Below, in pieces: positions 60,301-64,000 of a DNA stretch of 64,000 nucleotides. Source of the stretch: Gemmatimonadota bacterium (GTDB lineage: Bacteria; Gemmatimonadota; Gemmatimonadetes; Palauibacterales; KS3-K002); contig JBDHJS010000006.1 in NCBI GenBank assembly GCA_039586795.1, positions 119,137 through 183,136 of the forward strand. Reading direction: 5' to 3'. The notes below the pieces were generated by a model. It saw only the letters and a program-made list of their open reading frames with translations. It ran no database searches and was not told where the DNA came from. Positions within the stretch are counted from its first letter, which is position 1. The number at the start of each line of letters is the position of its first letter. The position numbers and the translations under genes are program-made.

Positions 60301-62481
60301 TTGACAGAAAACACCGGCGCCGGCTTCGGAACTTTCAAGGGCGTATTTACCCCCAGCATCCTCACGATTCTGGGGGTCATCATGTATCTACGGTTGGGAT
60401 GGGTCCTGGGAAACATGGGGCTCTTCCTCACCCTAGTCGTCATCACACTCGCCAGCTCGATCACCTTCCTGACCGCACTGTCCATCGCGGCAACGGCGAC
60501 CAACATGCGGGTGGGCGGCGGCGGCGCCTATTACATGATCTCGCGCTCGTTGGGGATCGAGGCGGGCGCCGCGATCGGCGTGCCCCTCTTCTTTGCCCAG
60601 GCGCTGGGGATCTCGTTCTACATAGTCGGTTTCGCCGAATCGGTGAACCAGGCTTTCCCGGCGCTCCCGCCCGCGCCTGTCGGCGTCGTCACACTGCTCT
60701 TGCTGGCGGCCCTGGCATACCGATCGGCCGATCTGGCGCTAAAGAGCCAGTTCGTCATCATGGCGGCCATCGCGCTTTCGCTGGTCTCGTTCTTTGCCGG
60801 CGGCGCCCCGGCGGATGGATTCGAACCGCTGGGCCTGACTCCGGAGCGCCAGTCGTTCTGGATCGTCTTCGCCGTGTTCTTTCCGGCTGTCACCGGGATC
60901 GAGGCGGGGATCGCGCTTTCGGGCGACCTCAAGGACCCCGGTCGCTCGTTGCCACGCGGCACGCTCGCCGCCGTGCTGGTCGGCTACGCGGTGTACATGG
61001 CGATTCCGATCTTCATGTCACGCGTCGTGCCGGAGGACGTTCTGCTCAGCGACCCGCTGGTCATGCGCAGGATCGCGCGCTGGGGCGACGCCATACTGCT
61101 CGGCGTGTGGGGCGCGACGCTGTCCAGCGCTATGGGCTCGCTGCTCGGGGCGCCGCGAACGCTGCAGGCACTTGCGCGTGACCGGGTGGTTCCACGGTTC
61201 TTGGGACGGGGATTCGGTCCGGCGGATGAACCGCGCATCGCCACCGCCATCGCCTTTGCCGTGGCGCTGGTCGGTATCACGGCCGGCAACCTCAACCTGA
61301 TCGCGCCCGTCTTGTCGATGTTCTTCCTGACGTCCTACGGCTTTCTCAACATTTCCGCTGGCTTGGAGGGGCTGATCGGCAGCCCGTCGTGGCGGCCGCA
61401 ATTCCGCACCCCGTGGTGGGCATCGCTGCTGGGCGCGTTCGGCTGCTTCGCCGTCATGTTCATGATCAACCCGGGCGCCACATTCATTGCGGCAGCTGTC
61501 TCCGGTGGTGTCTTCTACATCATGCAGCGGCGCGAAATGCGTGCCTACTGGGGCGACATGCGCCACGGCATACTGACGCTGCTCGCCCGCTTCGCCATCT
61601 TCAGACTCGCCGCGGCGAAACCCCACGAGCGCACCTGGCGCCCGAACATCCTGGTGCTGAGCGGCAGCCCCACCTCGCGATGGTACCTGATCGAGCTGGC
61701 CGACGCCCTCACCCACGGCTCCGGGTTCCTCACCGTGGCCACGGTCGTGCCTGAAGACTCGGCGGTCGGAGAGCGGGTGCACGAAGTCGAGGCGACGATC
61801 GCAGACTATCTGCGCAAGCGACAGGTACCCGCGTTGGTCGAGGTCCACCTGGCGGACGACGTCTTCACGGGTGCCGAGGCGCTCGTGCAAGCTGCCGGGA
61901 TCGGCCCCCTCTACCCGAACACGATCGTCCTCGGCGAGACCGAGCAGCCGGAGCACATGGGGAAGTTCGCTCGCCTGATCCGCTTGGCGACCAAGCTGCA
62001 GCGCAACTTGATCATCGTGCGGGAGCCCGACATCGAAGTCCCGGAGCGCAAGCAACGACGCATCGATATCTGGTGGGGCGGCGAGCGTCAGAACGCCGGG
62101 CTGATGCTGGCGCTCGGGTATCTGCTGCGGATGAGCCCTGAGTGGTGGAAGTCCACTCTGAACGTGAGGACGATCGTTTCATCCGAGGAGGAGATACAGG
62201 TCGCGCGCAGCCGTCTGGACGCCATCGTTACGAAGCGTCGCATCGAGGCGGACATCGATGTCATGTTGCGTGACGCCGGCTCATCCTATCTCGACATCAT
62301 CCGCCAGGTTTCTGGCGATGCCGACCTGGTCTTTTTGGGGCTGCGACCGCCCGATCCCGACGAGAGTTTGGAGGACTACACGCGCTACTATTCCCAGCTG
62401 CTCGCCGATACCGATGGCATGCCGGCTACCTCGCTGGCGCTCGCCGCCGAAGACATCGACTTCCAACGGATCTTCGAGTAA
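60301..62481 (+). CDS. Cation-chloride cotransporter (CCC/SLC12-like) APC-superfamily permease
   Basis: FGTFKGVFTP..LTILGVIMYLR, GGGAYYMISRSLG, FFPAVTGI, WRPNILV, PNTIVLG, IDIWW; TTG start. Confidence 0.9.
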   Translation: MTENTGAGFGTFKGVFTPSILTILGVIMYLRLGWVLGNMGLFLTLVVITLASSITFLTALSIAATATNMRVGGGGAYYMISRSLGIEAGAAIGVPLFFAQALGISFYIVGFAESVNQAFPALPPAPVGVVTLLLLAALAYRSADLALKSQFVIMAAIALSLVSFFAGGAPADGFEPLGLTPERQSFWIVFAVFFPAVTGIEAGIALSGDLKDPGRSLPRGTLAAVLVGYAVYMAIPIFMSRVVPEDVLLSDPLVMRRIARWGDAILLGVWGATLSSAMGSLLGAPRTLQALARDRVVPRFLGRGFGPADEPRIATAIAFAVALVGITAGNLNLIAPVLSMFFLTSYGFLNISAGLEGLIGSPSWRPQFRTPWWASLLGAFGCFAVMFMINPGATFIAAAVSGGVFYIMQRREMRAYWGDMRHGILTLLARFAIFRLAAAKPHERTWRPNILVLSGSPTSRWYLIELADALTHGSGFLTVATVVPEDSAVGERVHEVEATIADYLRKRQVPALVEVHLADDVFTGAEALVQAAGIGPLYPNTIVLGETEQPEHMGKFARLIRLATKLQRNLIIVREPDIEVPERKQRRIDIWWGGERQNAGLMLALGYLLRMSPEWWKSTLNVRTIVSSEEEIQVARSRLDAIVTKRRIEADIDVMLRDAGSSYLDIIRQVSGDADLVFLGLRPPDPDESLEDYTRYYSQLLADTDGMPATSLALAAEDIDFQRIFE

Positions 62482-62525
62482 ACCGTATTCCGTCCTGGAG
62501 AGACTTGTCGGCGCCGGGCGCCTCT

Positions 62526-63518
62526 CTACGGTTGAGTCAACGGCACCGTGACTCTCCGCTCTTCGTCTGCCAGCGAGTTATAAAGCTTCACGAATGAGAC
62601 CGGGCCGTCAGTCAGCGATCCGATGAGCGCGTCTCGCCCCAAACGCTCGTCGATGGTTTGGGCCATGTAGGCGCCCACGATGTAGTAGCCGCGGCGCGTC
62701 ACGCCGGTACGCCACGACATGCGCTGTAGCTCCTCCTCCGAGACCTCTCCTACCTCCTGAAACAACTCGTTGACCTCGTCGAACAGGCGCTCCACTTCGT
62801 CAGGGTTCTCCAACAGTCGGAAGTCGACCTCGTCCGGGGCAGGGAAGAGGGAGTTGGCCTGATACCCGACGTAGGTCGCCGTCCCCTCGTTCTGCAACGC
62901 GTCGAGCATCTGATAGAGCTGCTCGTTCTCGAGCTTGGGCTCCGTCCGCAGCGGGCGCGAGTGCGAATACCCAACGTGAAAGATCTCGTGGGTCAGGTTG
63001 TTGAAGATGTTCCGAACATCACCCTTCCAATATGAAGCGGAGACGTTGATCACGACGCCGCCCGACACGAACGACCGGGGCGGAACGAACGCGACGAAGT
63101 AAACCGGGATGCTGATATCCATGTCTTCAGGCAGGAACGAGCAGACCAAGGGGATCGCTTGCTCGAGAAACGTCTCCTGGGAGGACACGATGGAGTCGGT
63201 CATGATGAGCAGCGGGTGCTGGCTCCGCTCCTCCTCGCTGAGCTCCGCCAGCTCGCCGACCTGCCTCCAGAACTTCAGATAGGGTATCCCCACATTGACC
63301 GCGTCCGCCCACGCCTTCGTGTATATGAGGGGCTTCTCGTTATCCCAGACGCTGCCGCCTTCCTCGATGAACTGCTCAGGATGGCGGACCATCTTCTCCA
63401 GCGTTTCGGTCTCGAAAGCAACCTGTGAGTCTAGGCATGAACCGTTCTGTTGGGCGCGAACGGAAGTGGGTAGGGTGCTGGCAATCGCCAGCGTCAAAGC
63501 CAGAATTGGATATCGCAT
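62526..63518 (-). CDS. Exported putative zinc protease (DUF5700-like)
   Basis: Signal peptide; HEIFH and QNEG.ATY zincin motifs, GYYIVG..MA. Confidence 0.75.
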   Translation of the reverse strand: MRYPILALTLAIASTLPTSVRAQQNGSCLDSQVAFETETLEKMVRHPEQFIEEGGSVWDNEKPLIYTKAWADAVNVGIPYLKFWRQVGELAELSEEERSQHPLLIMTDSIVSSQETFLEQAIPLVCSFLPEDMDISIPVYFVAFVPPRSFVSGGVVINVSASYWKGDVRNIFNNLTHEIFHVGYSHSRPLRTEPKLENEQLYQMLDALQNEGTATYVGYQANSLFPAPDEVDFRLLENPDEVERLFDEVNELFQEVGEVSEEELQRMSWRTGVTRRGYYIVGAYMAQTIDERLGRDALIGSLTDGPVSFVKLYNSLADEERRVTVPLTQP

Positions 63519-63631
63519 CTCGTGCCCCTTGTGCCATACTGAATCGTGACGACCCGCTGGGTCAGACCGAGGACGCACGAGGAGCCCAGCGTGGCTTCTC
63601 TCTAGCTCGAGATACACGAACGCGATCTGTT

Positions 63632-64000
63632 CTATTCGAACAGACCGCGCTCGCTGACCAGGTACATCGCAAAGCTGCCAAGCCAGTGGCCACCCTCGTA
63701 ATGCGCGCCGGTGACGGCGGCGAGCCCCGCGTCGCGATGCGCTTGTGCCGTGCGCGCGAGCGCCGGTCGGCGCGGGTCGGAGGACGGTAGGCCGACGACG
63801 ATCCCTTCCAGCATCCAGGCCCGGCTCAGGTTGAGGCCGTCCAGGTGCGCCAGCTTCGGGTCGCCGGGGTCGCTCACCACGGCCGGCGCGATCCAGACCT
63901 CGTCCGCCTCGCCATCCGGGATCGTCGGTAGGAAAGAGCTCAGCCAGGTTGCGAATTCCGGCGGCCCGAGTATGCGCCGTATCAGATCCGCCTCGGCCAG
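63632..64000 (-). CDS. DUF2891 family protein (C-terminal part; start outside window)
   Basis: DPKLAHLDGLNLSRAWML and YEGGHWLGSFA motifs. Confidence 0.85.
   Translation of the reverse strand: MAEADLIRRILGPPEFATWLSSFLPTIPDGEADEVWIAPAVVSDPGDPKLAHLDGLNLSRAWMLEGIVVGLPSSDPRRPALARTAQAHRDAGLAAVTGAHYEGGHWLGSFAMYLVSERGLFE

Overview
GC-rich bacterial chromosomal window; the gene content (ADOP permease, M61/S9 peptidases, DUF885, many exported hydrolases) is consistent with a Gemmatimonadota-like genome, though that taxonomy is inference. It holds about 55 CDS and no recognisable rRNA, tRNA, CRISPR array, transposase or integrase. Main blocks: (i) a co-directional array of short accessory genes and gene remnants (4.3-12.1 kb); (ii) a lonC-like/ligA/polX/ybaK run; (iii) tandem lipoprotein paralogs and an msrB/msrPQ cluster; (iv) exported hydrolases; (v) a PPC-repeat caspase-like protease; (vi) a sigma54-type promoter upstream of an 11-heme cytochrome c/cytochrome b fusion and a diheme peroxidase; (vii) a Trx-VKOR / orphan SBP / histidine kinase / NtrC-family operon followed by a sigma54 enhancer-promoter upstream of a TPR lipoprotein. 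The most unusual non-coding signals are intergenic hairpins built from 6-7 bp tandem repeats, surrounded by strand-asymmetric G/T versus C/A composition halos that reach into synonymous codon positions of flanking genes, and a 24-bp dispersed motif forming a MITE-like inverted repeat. All calls are by eye; no searches or statistics were run.
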